Shown here piece by piece: positions 63,747 through 64,000 of a stretch of DNA of 64,000 nucleotides (the first letter of the stretch is position 1; each line of letters begins with the position of its first letter). Both the position numbers and the translations under genes were made by a program. Source of the DNA: Meyerozyma guilliermondii (lineage: Eukaryota). The stretch lies in NCBI GenBank assembly GCA_051546255.1, contig CP128817.1, positions 1,240,001 through 1,304,000 of the forward strand, read 5' to 3'. Below the pieces are notes generated by a model. The model had not been told where the DNA came from. It searched no databases and worked only from the letters and a program-made list of their open reading frames with translations.

Positions 63747-64000
63747 CTTGGTTGGAGGTTTTCCCGCCGTGCACTTGATACCAAAATATTTCAAACTGCG
63801 CTCGATGATCATCATACTATCGCATCCGTGTAGCTTGGTTTCGTACTTGTCAGCCCATGCTATATTGACCAGTAATGTTGGGAGGACTTCGTCCGTCACT
63901 ATAAAGATCATTGAGCATCATCCTTCATTATTCAAGAATTTACCTTGGTGTGGAATTTCAACCATTGGATCACAGTCATTTCATCACCATGCTGTAAACA

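Overview
Gene-dense, eukaryotic (budding-yeast) chromosomal DNA from a CUG-Ser ('CTG clade') yeast. In-frame CTG codons fall on conserved Ser positions, introns use the TACTAAC branchpoint, and intergenic spacers are very short, which suggests a compact Meyerozyma/Candida-type genome (species not determinable here). The window holds about 40 housekeeping protein genes: SMP3 (partial), UTP5, an IMO32/EAT1-like esterase, NCB2, YOS1, BUB2, MUD2, LHS1, HPT1, UFD1, SXM1, RRP7, ABZ2, SER2, PDR16/17, TDA2-like, CENP-Q/OKP1-like, RRN7, ALD5, RPS24, SEC6, PBP1, YML020W-like, ATG16, GPI10, RIM13, OST3, SNN1, a ROG1-like lipase, RPC17, TEN1, PPR1, a PhoD-like phosphatase, a Usp-like protein, BRE2, NSE1, a CRH-family GH16, PFK1, SFL2 and NOP19. 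It also has two spliceosomal introns the ORF track missed (MUD2, RPS24) and a tandem tRNA-Asp/tRNA-Gly pair. I found no mobile element, CRISPR array or horizontally acquired cluster. The best second-look items are a Tda2/Tctex1 light chain split by a ~265-aa acidic insertion, an intron in the splicing factor MUD2 with a fixed TACTAAC-NN-CAG geometry, a CRH glycosidase whose signal peptide appears out of frame, a tRNA dimer 32 nt upstream of the NOP19 start codon, possible dual-start ALD5, and an unannotated protein with two PP1-docking motifs. Gene names come from recalled family motifs, not from database searches.
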